From NCBI RefSeq assembly GCF_963921235.1, contig NC_086109.1, forward strand, positions 1,116,001 through 1,180,000: a stretch of 64,000 nucleotides of DNA, read 5' to 3'. Source of the stretch: Mobula hypostoma (taxonomy: Eukaryota). The notes below the pieces were generated by a model. It saw nothing but the letters and a program-made list of their open reading frames with translations, was not told where the DNA came from and ran no database searches. The position numbers were made by a program, and so were the translations under genes. How positions within the stretch are numbered: position 1 is the stretch's first letter; each line of letters starts with the position of its first letter. Below are positions 11,847 to 25,100 of the stretch, piece by piece.

Positions 11847-12770
11847 CAGTGCCTATAAAAAGTATTCACCCCCTCCCCTGGAAATTTTCATATTTTATTG
11901 TTTTATAACATTGAATCACAGTGGATTTAATTTGGCTTTTTTTGACTCTAATCAACAGAAAAGACTCTTTCGTGTCAAAGTAAAAGCAAATTTCTGCAAA
12001 CTGGTCTAAATTTATTACAATTATTAAGCGCAAAATAATTGATTGTAATAATTGACTCACCCCTTTCAAGTCAGTATTTAGTAGATGCACCTTTGGCAGC
12101 AATTACAGCCTTGGGTGGGTCTCAATTAGCTGTGTATATCTGGTCAGTGCAATTTTTCCCCATTCTTTACAAAACAGCTCAAGCTGTCAGATTGCATGGG
12201 GATCATGAGCAGAACAGCCCTTTTCCAGTCCAGCCACAAATTTTTAATTGGATTGAGGTCTGGATTCGGACTTGACCACTCCAGGACATCAACTTTGTTG
12301 TTGATAAGCCATTCCTGTGTAGCTTTGGCTTTATCCTTGGGTCATTGTCTTGCTGGAAAACAAACCTTCTCCCAAGTCGTAGTTCTCTTGCAAACTGCGT
12401 CAGGTTTTCCTCCAGGATTTCCCTGTGTTTTGCTGCATTCATTCTGCCTTCTACCTTCACAAGCCTTCCAGGGCCTGCTGTAGAGAAACATCCCCACAGC
12501 ATGATGCAGCCACCACCAGGCTTCATGATTGGGATGGTGTGTTTTTGATGATGTGACATAGCAGTTAGTCTGATGGCCAAAAAGCTCCATTTTGGTTTCA
12601 TCAGACCACAGAACCTTCTTCCAGCTTGACTTCAGAGTCTCCCACATGCCTTCGTGCAAACTCTAGTCGAGATTTTTCAAAAGTGACTTTCTCTTTGCCA
12701 CTCTCCCATAAAGCTGTAACTGATGAGCATCTGGGCAACAGTTGTTGTATGTGCAGTCTCTCCCATCTCA
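11847..12770 (-). mobile_element. Tc1/mariner DNA transposon remnant (one TIR plus frameshifted transposase catalytic domain)
   Basis: TA|cagtgcctataaaaagtattcacccc TIR at 11845. Minus-strand peptides WKKVLWSDETKMELFGH, KPGGGCIMLWGCFS and FVFQQDNDP are Tc1 DDE motifs. No second TIR is seen. Confidence 0.9.
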
Positions 12771-12948
12771 TCTCGTACAGTGAGTGCTGTATTGCGGGAG
12801 GAGAGGACAGGAGGCTGATGGTGAGCGCTGTATTACATGGAGTGGGGATGGTAGGCTGATGGTGAGCTCTGTATTGCACGGGCAGCAGGGGGGGTTCGGT
12901 AAGTTAATGGCGAGCGTGGTGCATTTACCGAGCATTGAATAGACTCAC

Positions 12949-13043
12949 CCAGTTTGGGCCGTGATGTCAGCCTCTCCTTCCTGAACCACCTCCCCCAACT
13001 TCCCCTTACACACTGCCGACTGACTTATGGGAGTGAACAAGCT
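12949..13043 (-). CDS. Candidate internal exon of a minus-strand gene
   Basis: Strong donor gg|gtgagt at 12948 and tandem acceptor caccagtag| after a pyrimidine-rich tract. Reads SLFTPISQSAVCKGKLGEVVQEGEADITAQT(G), ending in phase 2, compatible with the 10426 exon. Confidence 0.3.
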
Positions 13044-13215
13044 CTACTGGTGTAGTAAAAAACTGGAGGGAAATTTAAAGAAGGAATCTTTACAGGCTGT
13101 GACTCAGCTGCTATCCTGCCGCTTTGCTGTTGTTGTAAACATTGCAAAAGGTAGATTATGTAGGTTAGAAGTGAATTGTATTGTGGTTTTCATATTGTTT
13201 TGCTGTTTTCTCATT

Positions 13216-15185
13216 TAGTTATGTATTATGAGGACTGGGAGAAATTCAGAGTTCAGCAGAGGAGGGCAAAGGGCTTAATTAGGAAGGGGAAAAAAGATTA
13301 TGAGAGAAAACTGGCAGGGAACATAAAAACTGACTGTAAAAACTTTTATAGATATGTAAAAAGGAAAAGACTGGTAAAGACAAATGTAGGTCCCCTACAG
13401 ACAGAAACAGGTGAATTGATTATGGGGAGCAATGACATGGCAAACCAATTGAATAATTACTTTGGTTCTGTCTTCACTAAGGAGGACATAAATAATCTTC
13501 CAGAAATAGTAGGAGACGGAGGGTCCAGTGAGATGGAGGAACTGAGCGAAATACATGTTAGTAGGGAAGTGGTGTTGGGTAAATTGAAGGGATTAAAGGC
13601 AGATAAATCCCCAGGGCCAGATGGTCTACATCCCAGAGTGCTTAAGGAAGTAGCCCAAGAAATAGTGGATGCATTAGTGATAATTTTTCAAAACTCGTTA
13701 GATTCTGGACTAGTTCCTGAGGATTGGAGGGTGGCTAATGTAACCCCACTTTTTAAAAAAGGAGGGAGAGAGAAACCGGGGAATTATAGACCAGTTAGCC
13801 TAACGTCGGTGGTGGGGAAACTGCTGGAGTCAGTTATCAAAGATGTGATAACAGCACATTTGGAAAGCGGTGAAATCATCGGACAAAGTCAGCGTGGATT
13901 TGTGAAAGGAAAATCATGTCTGAAGAATCTCATAGAACTTTTTGAGGATGTAACTAGTAGAGTGGATAGGGGAGAACCAGTGGATGTGGTATATTTGGAT
14001 TTTCAAAAGGCTATTGACAAGGTCCCACACAGGAGATTAGTGTGCAAACTTAAAGCATACGGTATTGGGGATAAGGTATTGATGTGGATAGAGAATTGGT
14101 TAGCAGACAGGAAGCAAAGAGTGGGAATAAACGGGACCTTTTCAGAATGGCAGGCAGTGACTAGTGGGGTACCGCAAGGCTCAGTGCTGGGACCCCAGTT
14201 GTTTACAATATATATTAATGACTTGGATGAGGGAATTAAATGCAGCATCTCCAAGTTTGCGGATGACAGGAAGCTGGGCGGCAGTGTTAGCTGTGAGGAG
14301 GATGCTAAGAGGATGTAGGGTGACTTGGATAGGTTGGGTGAGTGGACAAATTCATGGCAGATGCAATTTAGTGTGGATAAATGTGAAGTTATCCACTTTG
14401 GTGGCAAAAATAGGAAAACAGATTATTATCTGAATGGTGGCCGATTAGGAAAAGGGGAGGTGCAACGAGACCTGGGTGTCATTATACACCAGTCATTGAA
14501 AGTGGGCATGCAGGTACAGCAGGCGGTGAAAAAGGCGAATGGTATGCTGGCATTTATAGCGAGAGGATTTGAGTACAGGAGCAGGGAGGTACTACTGCAG
14601 TTGTACAAGGCCTTGGTGAGACCACACCTGGAGTATTGTGTGCAGTTTTGGTCCCCTAATCTGAGGAAAGACATCCTTGCCATAGAGGGAGTACAAAGAA
14701 GTTTCACCAGATTGATTCCTGGGATGGCAGGACTTACATATGAAGAAAGACTGGATGAACTGGGCTTGTACTCGTTGGAATTTAGAAGATTGAGGGGGGA
14801 TCTGATTGAAACGTATAAAATCCTAAAGGGATTGGACAGGCTAGATGCAGGAAGATTGTTCCCGATGTTGGGGAAGTCCAGAACGAGGGGTCACAGTTTG
14901 AGGATAAAGGGGAAGCCTTTTAGGACCGAGATTAGGAAAAACTTCTTCACACAGAGAGTGGTGAATCTGTGGAATTCTCTGCCACAGGAAACAGTTGAGG
15001 CCAGTTCATTGGCTATATTTAAGAGGGAGTTAGATATGTCCCTTGTGGCTATGGGGATCAGGGGGTATGGAGGGAAGGCTGGTGCAGGGTTCTGAGTTGG
15101 ATGATCAGCCATGATCATAATAAATGGCGGTGCAGGCTCGAAGGGCCGAATGGCCTACTCCTGCACCTATTTTCTATGTTTCTAT
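13216..15185 (+). mobile_element. CR1 LINE, 5'-truncated (~2 kb), young copy with near-intact RT
   Basis: ORFs 13176-14318 and 14325-15095 are in one frame, separated by a single TAG. Motifs SGVPQGSVLGP, KFADD and RPHLEYCVQFWSP. 3' UTR ends in a ttctatgtttctat tail. Confidence 0.95.
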
Positions 15186-15544
15186 ACCATTCTTTTTTAC
15201 CTTTTAGTAACCCCCAATTCCATTGTACCTACTCTGCAGCAAACAACTTACACATGCAGCAATGGCTCCAGCAAAACTGAAAAGACACTTAATTACAAAT
15301 CACAGCCGTATGACACATAAAAGTGCTGATTAATTTAAACACCTATGGAATCTCAAAGCAAACAGTAAAGTTCTTAATGAAAATCAAATTACAAGCTTTA
15401 TTTAAATTCAATCTACTGAGCCTACATTTAGAAAATTTAAACCCGATTTTGGCTTAATGTTTCCCTGTTTATGCTTCTAAGTTCCTACCTGATAGCCTCA
15501 TATTTTCCCTTACTCCATTTAAACGCTTTCTTCACTTGTCTGTT

Positions 15545-16105
15545 CCTATCCCCCTCCAAAGCTATGGTAAAAGAAATAGAATTGTATTACTATCTCCAAA
15601 ATGCTCTCCCACTGAGAGACCTGACACCCTGAACAAGTTCATTTCCCAATACCAGATCAAGTACAGCCTTTCCTCTTGTATGCTTATCTACATATTGTGT
15701 CAGGAAACCTTCCTGAACAGACCTCACAAACTCCACCCTATCTGAACCCCTCACTGCAGGGAGATGCCAATCGATATTTGAGAAATTAAAATCTCCCACC
15801 ATGACAACCCTGTTATTATTACACCTTTCCTGAATCTTTCTCCCTATCTGCTCCTCGATGTCCCTGTTACTATTGGGTGGTCTGTGAAAAAACACCCAGT
15901 GAAGTTATTAACCCCTTCCTGTTCCTAACTTCCACCCACAGAGACTCCGTAGACAATCTCTCCATGACTTCCTCCTTTTCTGTAGCTGTGATACTATCTC
16001 TGATCAACAGTGCCACACCCCCACCACTTTTACCTCCCTCCCTGTCCTTTCTGAAACATTTAAAGCCTGGCACTCAAAGTAACCATTCCTGCCCCTGAGC
16101 CATCC
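15545..16105 (-). mobile_element. CR1 LINE APE-endonuclease fragment
   Basis: Peptides FRKDREGGKSGGGVALLIR, ESLWVEV, MVGDFNF and VLDLVL (split across frames). Confidence 0.85.
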
Positions 16106-16107
16106 GT

Positions 16108-17147
16108 CTTCCTATAGTGAGGTGACCAGAACTGGACACAGTACTCCAAGTGTGGCCTAACCAGAGTTTTATAGAGCTGCATCATTACATCGCGCCTCTT
16201 AAACTCTCGACTTATGAAAGCTAACACCCCATAAGCTTTCTTAACTACCCTATCCACCTGTGAGGCAACTTTCAGGGATCTGTGGACATGTACCCCGAGA
16301 TCCCTCTGCTCCTCCACACTACCAAGTATCCTGCCATTTACTTTGTACTCTGCCTTGGAGTTTGTCCTTCCAAAGTGTACCACCTCACACTTCTCCGGGT
16401 TGAATTCCATCTGCCACTTCTCAGCCCACTTCTGCATCCTATCAATGTCTCTCTGCAATCTTTGACAATCCTCTACACTATCTACAACACCACCAAACTT
16501 TGTGGCATCTGCAAACTTGCCAACCCACCCTTCTACCCCCACATCCAGGTCGTTAATAAAAATCACGAAAAATAGAGGTCCCAGAACAGATCCTTGTGAG
16601 ACACCACTAGTCACAATCCTCCAATCTGAATGTACTCCCTCCACCACCACCCTCTGCCTTCTGCAGGCAAGCCAATTCTGAATCCACCTGGCCAAACTTC
16701 CCTGGATCCCATGCCTTCTAACTTTCTGAATAAGCCTACCGTGTGGAACCTTGTCAAATGCCTTACTAAAATCCATATAGATCACATCTCACTGCACTAC
16801 CCTCATCTATATGCCTGGTCACCTCCTCAAAGAACTCTATCAGGCTTGTTAGACACGATCTGCCCTTCACAAAACCATGCTGACTGTCCCTGATCAGACC
16901 ATGATTCTCTAAATGCCTATAGATCCTATCTCTAAGAATCTTTTCCAACAGCTTTCCCACCGCAGACGTAAGGCTCACTGGTCTATAATTACCCGGACTA
17001 TCCCTACTACCTTTTTTGAACAAGGGAACAACATTCGCCTCCCTCCAATCCTCCGGTACCATTCCCATGGACAACGAGGACATAAAGATCCTAGCCAGAG
17101 GCTCAGCAAACTCTTCTCTCACCTCGTGGAGCAGCCTGGGGAATATT
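16108..17147 (-). mobile_element. CR1 LINE RT fragment, truncated at both ends
   Basis: ORFs 16766-17122 (PGNYRPVSLTS, QHGFVKGRSCLT) and 16060-16785 (MDFSKAFDKVPH, SGVSQGSVLGP, RPHLEYCVQFWSPHYRK). Confidence 0.92.
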
Positions 17148-17244
17148 CTACTTATGTTTTGTACATCAATGATTTGGATTGGATATATAAGGTAGCTAAG
17201 TAAGGTAGCAGGAGATACAAACTGGTGTTATGGATGCAGCAAAG

Positions 17245-17645
17245 CACAGCTCCTGTTCCGTTTTCAAGTTTGCTGATGACACCACCTTCATGGGCTGAAT
17301 CAAAGGTGGTGATGAATCAGCATACAGGAGGGAGATTGAATATTTGGATGAATGTTGCCACAACAACAACCTCTCACTCAATGTCTGCGAGGTCAAGGAG
17401 CTGATTATTGACTTGAGTAGGAAACCAGAGGTCCATGAGCCAGTCCTCATCAAAGGATCAGAGGCAGAGAGGGTCAGCACCTTTAAGTTCCTGGGTGTTA
17501 TCATTTCCGAGGCCCTGTCCTCGGCCTAGTACATCAGTGCAATTACAGAGAAAGCACAATAGTGTGTCTTCTTCGGAGCTTGCGAAGATTCAGCACAACA
17601 TCTAAAGCCTCGACTAACTTCTATAGTTATGTAGTGGAGGGTATA
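17245..17645 (+). mobile_element. Rex/Babar (L2-like) RT fragment
   Basis: FKFADDTTFMG..GGDESAYRREI; CHNNNLSLNV..KELIID; ERVSTFKFLGV. Same family as 2519-3442. Confidence 0.8.
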
Positions 17646-19129
17646 CTACATAATGCAACACTGAGCAGCACACAAAATGCTGCAGGACCCCAGCAGAATC
17701 TACAGAAGGAAGTAGACGGTCAATATTTTGGGTTGCACCATTGACTGTCTGTGCCTCGGCAGCTAAGTTCTTTCACCATTTTGTGTACTTTGCTCAAGAA
17801 TTCGAGCATCTGAAGAATTTATAAAGCATTGTTTAGGCCACAGCTAGAGTACTGGTTCCAGACACCACACTATAGGAAGGATGCAATTACACTGGAGAGT
17901 GTGCAGAGAAGACTCCCCAGATGTTGCCTCGGATTTGAATGTTTTGGTGATCAGGAGAGACTGGGTGGGCCTTGCTTGTTGCACTGCACGGAGGAGTCTG
18001 GACGATTGCCTTATTGGAGATTTGCAGCATTATGAAAGGGATAGCTTTCCTATTGGAAGGTATGCCTAAGACAAGATAAAGGTGATTTAAGGTGAGGCAG
18101 CAGATTTAGAGGTGTTCTCATTGTGAACTTTCTCACCCAGAGTGGGGTATTGAATATGGAATACACTGCCCGTGATAGTAGTGGAAGCAGGGATTCTTGC
18201 AACACATAAAAAGTATCTGAATCAGCACCAGAGGAAGAGGTAACTACAGGAAAACACAAGCATTTTATCTGTGTTGCCTGGATTTCGGGCATCTGCAAAT
18301 TTTCTTGTTTGCAACATAAGGCCAAATGATAATTGAGATGAATGCAGATGGGTCCATATTGCTCAGAATGGATATGCTGGTTGAAGAGCCTATTTCTGTG
18401 CCATACACCACCTCCACACAATCTAAGCACCCACTCCCAGTGCACGGATCAGACAGAGTGAAGCTCGACACCGTCGAATCATTCACCTCCAGTGCACAGG
18501 TCAGACACTGAAGCTCCCTCTTCATGTCTAATCACCCAGTGCTAGTGCACAGGTCAGTCAAAGTGAAGCTCGCACTCTCCCCACCCCCCCGCACTCCCCC
18601 CCCATGCTCTTCCCCACCCTCTCTTCTCCCTCCGCACTCAACACCACCCGCTCCCAAACGCCCCCGCTCTCAACCCCTCCTGTTCTCAAACCCCCCGCCA
18701 GCTCATGTCTTCATGCACCACCCTCACACACCATCACGCCCCGCCCCCTCAAGCCTTCATTCCCCTTGCTCCCTAGCATCCTCACCCCCCTCTGTCACCC
18801 ACACCTTCATACCCGTCCCTGAGCCTTTGTCCCCCCATCTGCCCACCCCCACCTGTCTGTACTTTACCCTCTCTTGGCTCCCCATTGCACCCCCTCATTT
18901 CACCGCACTTCAGCCCCTCAAATTTCATCCCCCATCGGCCACTCACATTTCAACCTCCCTCTGCCCCCCACACCGTCTCCACCCTGACCCCCGCACCTTC
19001 ACACCCTCTGCCATCCATGCCTTCATCCCCTCTCCCATCATCCCTTCATCCCCCCTCTGCCTCTCGCACCATCACACCCCCTGCACCCATGCATTCCTCC
19101 AGATTCTATACCCTTTTCCACTTTAGCCT

Positions 19130-22100
19130 CTCTGCCCCCCCACACCTTCAACCCCCTCTCCCCCAACACCCTCAAACCCACTCTCCCCCACACCTTCAAA
19201 CACCCTCTCCCCCCAAACCTTCAAACCCCCACTCCCCCACACCTTCAAACCCCCTCTCCCCCACACCTTCAACCTCCTCTCCCCCACACCTTCAAAGCCC
19301 CTCTCCCCCCACACCTTCAAACCCCCTCTCCCCCCACACATTCAAGCCCCCTCTCTCCCCACACCTTCAAATCCACTCGCCCCCACACCTTCAAACCCCC
19401 TCTCCGCCCACACCTACAACCCCCTCTCCCCCACACCTTCAAACCACTCTCCCCTACAACTTCAACCCCCTCTCCCCCCACACCTTCAACCCCCCTCTCC
19501 CCCCACACCTTCAAACCCCCTCTCCCCCACACCTTCAAACCACCTCTCCCCCACACCTTTAAACCCCCTCTCCCCCACACCTTCAAACCCCCTCTCCCCC
19601 CACACCTTCAAACCGCCTCTCCCCCACACCTTCAAACCGCCTCTCCCCCACACCTTCAAACCCCCTCTCCCCATACCTTCAACCCCCTCTCCCCCACAAC
19701 TTAAAACCCCCTCTCCCTCACACCTTCAAACCACCTCCCCCCACACCTTCAAACCCCCTCTCCCCCACACCTTCAAACCCACTCTCCCCCACACCTTCAA
19801 ACCCCCTCACCCCCCACACCCTCAAACACCCTCAACCCCACACCATCAACCACCTCTCCCCCACACCTTCAACCACACTCTCCCCACACCTTCAAAGCCC
19901 CTCTCCCCCCACACCTTCAAACCCCCTCTCCCCCACACCTTCAAACCCCCTCTCCCCCACACCTTCAAACCCCGTCTACCCCACACCTTCAAACCCCCTC
20001 TCCCCCACAACTTAAAACCCCCTCTCCCTCACACCTTCAAACCACCTCCCCCCACACCTTCAAACCCCCTCTCCCCCACACCTTCAAACCCACTCTCCCC
20101 CACACCTTCAAACCCCCTCACCCCCCACACCCTCAAACACCCTCAACCCCACACCATCAACCACCTCTCCCCCACACCTTCAACCACACTCTCCCCACAC
20201 CTTCAAAGCCCCTCTCCCCCCACACCTTCAAATCCCCTCACCCCCCACACCCTCAAACCCCCTCTACCCCACACCTTCAAACACCCTCTCCCACACACCT
20301 TCAAACCACTCTCCCCCAACACCTTCAAACCCCCTCTCCCCCACACCTTCAAACCCCCTCTCCCCCACACCTTCAACGCCCCCTCCCCCACACATTCAAA
20401 CCCGCTCTCCCCCCACATTTTCAACCCCCTTTCCCCCACACCTTCAAACCCCTATCCCCCACACACTCGAATCCCCGCTCCCCCACACCTTCGACCTCCT
20501 CTCCCCCCACACCTTCAAACACCCTCTCCCCCACACCTTCAAACACCCTCTCCCCCACACCTTCAACCCCCTCTCCCCCACACCTTAAACCACCCTCTCC
20601 CCCCACACCTTCAAACCCCTCTCCCCCACACCTTCAACCCCCTCTCCCCCACACCTTCAACCCCCTCTCCCCCACACCTTCAAACCCCCTCTCCCCCACA
20701 CCTTCAAACCCCCTCTCCCCCACACCTTCAACCACCCTCTCCCCCACACCTTCAAACCCCCTCTCCCCCACACCTTCAAACCCCCTCTCCCCCACACCTT
20801 CAACCCACTTTCCCCCACACCTTCAACCCCCGCTCCCCCACACCTTCAAACCCCCTCACCCCCCACACCCTCAAACCCCCTCACCCCCACACCCTCAAAC
20901 CCCCTCACCCCCCACACCCTCAAACCCCCTCTACCCCACACCTTCAAACACCCTCTCCCACACACCTTCAAACCACTCTCCCCCACACCTTCAAACCACT
21001 CTCCCCCCACACCTTCAAACCCCCTCTCCCCCATACCTTCAAACCCCCTCACCCCACACATTCAAACCCCCTCTCCCCCACACATTCAAACCCCTTCACC
21101 CCCCACACCTTCAAACCCCCTCTCCCCCCACACCTTCAAACTCCCTCTCCCGCACACCTTCAACCCCCTTTCCCCCACACCTTCAAACCCCCTCTCCCCC
21201 ACACCTTCAAACCCCCTCTCCCCCACACCTTCAACCCCCTCTCCCCCACACCTTCAACCCCCTCACCCCTCACACCTTCAAACCCCCTCACCCCCCACAC
21301 CCTCAAACCCCCTCTACTCCACACCTTCAAACACCCTCTCCCAAACACCTTCAAACCCCCTCTCCCCCACATCTTCAAACACCCTCTAGCCCATACATTC
21401 AACCCCCTTTCCCCCACACCTTCAAACACCCTCTCCCCCACACCTCCAAACTCCCTCTCCCCCACACCTTCAACCCCCTCTCCCCCACACCTTCAAACCG
21501 CTCTCCCCCACAACTTCAAACCACCTCTCCCCACACCCTCAAACCCCCTCTCCCCCACACATTCAAACCCCTCTCCCCCCACACATTCAAACCCCTCTCC
21601 CCCCACACCTTCAACCACCCTCTCCCCCACACCTTCTAACCCCCTCTCCCCCACACCTTCAACCCCCTCTCCCCCACACCTTCAACCCCCTCTCCCCCAC
21701 ACCTTCAAACCCACTCGCCCCCACACCTTCAAACCCCCTCTCCGCCCACACCTACAACCCCCTCTCCCCCACACCTTCAAACCACCTCCCCCCACACCTT
21801 CAAACCCCCTCTCCCCCACACCTTCAAACCCCCTCACCCCCAACACCTTCAAACCCCCTCTCCCCCACACCTTCAAACCCCCACTCCCCCACACCTTCAA
21901 ACCCCCTCTCCCCCCACACCTTCAAACCCCCTCTCCCCCCACAGCTTCAAACCCCCTCTCCCCCACACCTTCAAAACCCCTCTCCCCCACACCCTCAAAC
22001 CCCCTCTCCCACACACCTTCAAACCCCCTCTCCCCCACACCTTCAAACCCGCTCTCCCCCACACCTTCAACCTCCTCTCCCCCACACCTTCAAACCCCCT

Positions 22101-25100
22101 CTCCCCCACACCTTCAAACTCCCTCTCCCCCACACCTTCAACCCTCTCTCCCCCACACCTTCAACCCCCTCTCCCCCACACCTTCCAACCCCCTCACCCC
22201 CCACACCCTCACACCCCCTCTACCCCACACGTTCAAACACCCTCTCCCACACACCCTCAAACGACTCTCCCCCACACCTTCAACCCACTCGCCCCCCACA
22301 CCTTCAAACCCCCTCTCCCCCACACCTTCAAACACCCTCTCCCCCACACCTTCAACCTCCTCTCCCCCCACACCTTCAAACCCCCTCTCCCCCACACCTT
22401 CAAACCCCCTCTCCCCCACACCTTCAAACCCCTCTCCCCCAACACCTTCAACCCCCTCTCCCCCACACCTTCAACCCCCTCTCCCCCACACCTTCAAATC
22501 CACTCTCCCCCCACACCTTCAAACCCACTCGCCCCCACACCTTCAAACACCCTCTCCGCCCACACCTACAACCCCCTCTCCCCCACACCTTCAACCCCCT
22601 CTCCCCCACACCTTCAACCCCCTCTCCCCCACACCTTCAAATCCACTCTCCCCCCACACCTTCAAACCCACTCGCCCCCACACCTTCAAACCCCCTCTCC
22701 GCCCACACCTACAACCCCCTCTCCCACACACCTTCAAACCACTCTCCCCCACACCTTCAACCTCCTCTTCCCCCACACCTTCAAAGCCCCTCTCCCCCAC
22801 ACCTTCAAACCCCCTCTCCCCCACACCTTCAAACTTCCTCTCCCCCACACCTTCAACACCCTCTCCCCCACACCTTCAAACTGCTCTGCCCCACACCCTC
22901 AAACCCCCTCTCCCCCACACATTCAAACCCCTCACCCCCCACACCTACAACCCCCTCTCCCACACACATTCAAACCCCTCTCCCCCACACCTTCAACCCC
23001 CTCTCCCCCCACACCTTCAACCACCCTCTCCCCCACACCTTCAAACCCCCTCTCCCCCACACCTTCAAACCCCCTCTCCCCCACACCTTCAACCCCCTCT
23101 CCCCCACACCTTCAACCACCTCTCCCCCCACACCTTCAACCACACTCTCCCCACACCTTCAAAGCCCCTCTCCCCCACACCTTCAAACCCCCTCTCCCCC
23201 ACACCTTCAAACCCCCTCTCCCCCCACACCTTCAAACCCCCTCTCCCCCACACCTTCAAACCCCCTCTCCCCCACACCTTCAAACCCCCTCTCCCCCACA
23301 CCTTCAAACCCCCTCTCCCCCACACCTTCAAACCCCCTCACCCCCCACACCCTCAAACCCCCTCTACCCCACACCTTCAAACACCCTCTCCCACACACCT
23401 TCAACCCACTCTCCCCCAACACCTTCAAACCCCCTCTCCCCCACACCTTCAAACCCCCTCTCCCCCACACCTTCAAACCCCCTCTCCCCCACACCTTCAA
23501 ACCCGCTCTCCCCCCACACCTTCAAGCCCTTTCCCCCCACACCTTCAACCCCCTTTCCCCCACACCTTCAAAACACTCTCCCCCACACCCTCGAATCCCC
23601 TCTCCCCCACACCTTCAACCTCCTCTCCCCACACCTTCAAACACCCACTCCCCCACACCTTCAAACCCCCTCTCCCCCACACCTTCAAAACCCCTCTCCC
23701 CCACACCTTCAACCCCCTCTCCCCCACACCTTCAAACCCCCTCTCCCCCACACCTTCAAACCCCCTCTCCCCCACACCTTCAAACCACCTCTCCCCCACA
23801 CCTTCAACCAACACTCTCCCCACACCTTCAAACCCCCTCTCCCCCACACCTTCAAACCCCCTCTCCCCCACACCTTCAAACCCCCTCTCCCCCACACCTT
23901 CAAACCCCCTCTCCCCCTCACCTTCAAACCCCCTCTCCTCCACACCTTCAAACCCTCTTCTCCCCCACACCTTCAAACCCCCTCTTCCCCCACACCTTCA
24001 AACCCCCTCTCCCCCACACCTTCAAACCCCCTCTCCCCCACACCTTCAAACCCCCTCACCCCCCACACCCTCAAACCCCCTCAACCCCACACCTTCAAAC
24101 ACCCTCTCCCACACACCTTCAAACCACTCTCCCCCAACACCTTCAACCCCCTTTCCCCTACACCTTCAACCCCCTCTCCCCCACACCTTCAACCCCCTCT
24201 CCCCCACACCTTCAAACCCCCTCTCCCCCACACCTTCAAACCCCCTCTCCCCCACACCTTCAAACCCCCTCTCCGCCCACACCTTCAAACCCCCTCTCCC
24301 CCACACCTTCAAACCCCCTCTCCCCCAAACCTTCAAACCCCCTCTCCCCCACACCTTCAAACCCCCTCACCCCCCACACCCTCAAACCCCCTCTAACCCA
24401 CACCTTCAAACACCCTCTCCCACACACCTTCAAACCACTCTCCCCCACACCTTCACAACACTCTCCCCCCACACCTTCAAACCCCCTCTCCCCCACACCT
24501 TCAAACCCCCTCTCCCCCACACCTTCAAACCCCCTCTCCCCCCACACCTTCAAACCCCCTCCCCCCAAACCTTCAAAACCCCTCTCCCCCACACCTTCAA
24601 ACCCCCTCTCACCCACACCTTCAAAACACTCTCCCCCCACAGCTTCAAAACCCCTCTCCCCCACACCCTCAAACCCCCTCTCCCACACACCTTCAAACCA
24701 CCTCTCCCCCACACCTTCAACGCCCTCTCCCCCACACCTTCAAACCCGCTCTCCCCCACACCTTCAACCTCCTCTCCCCCCACACCTTCAAACCCCCTCT
24801 CCCCCACACCTTCAAACTCCCTCTCCCCCACACCTTCAAACCCCTCTCCCCCAACACCTTCAACCCCCTCTCCCCCACACCTTCAACCCCCTCTCCCCCA
24901 CACCTTCAAATCCCCTCTCCCCCCACACCTTCAAACCCCCTCTCCCCCACACCTTCAAACCACTCTCCCCTACAACTTCAACCCCCTCTCCCCCCACACC
25001 TTCAACCCCCCTCTCCCCCCACACCTTCAAACCCCCTCTCCCCCCACACCTTCAACCCCCTCTCCCCCCACACCTTCAAAACCCCCTCACCCCCCACACC

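Noticed and set aside
18437..18572. CRISPR-like repeat/spacer look
   Set aside because: Only three degenerate copies, the spacers partly resemble each other, there are no cas genes, and the context is vertebrate.
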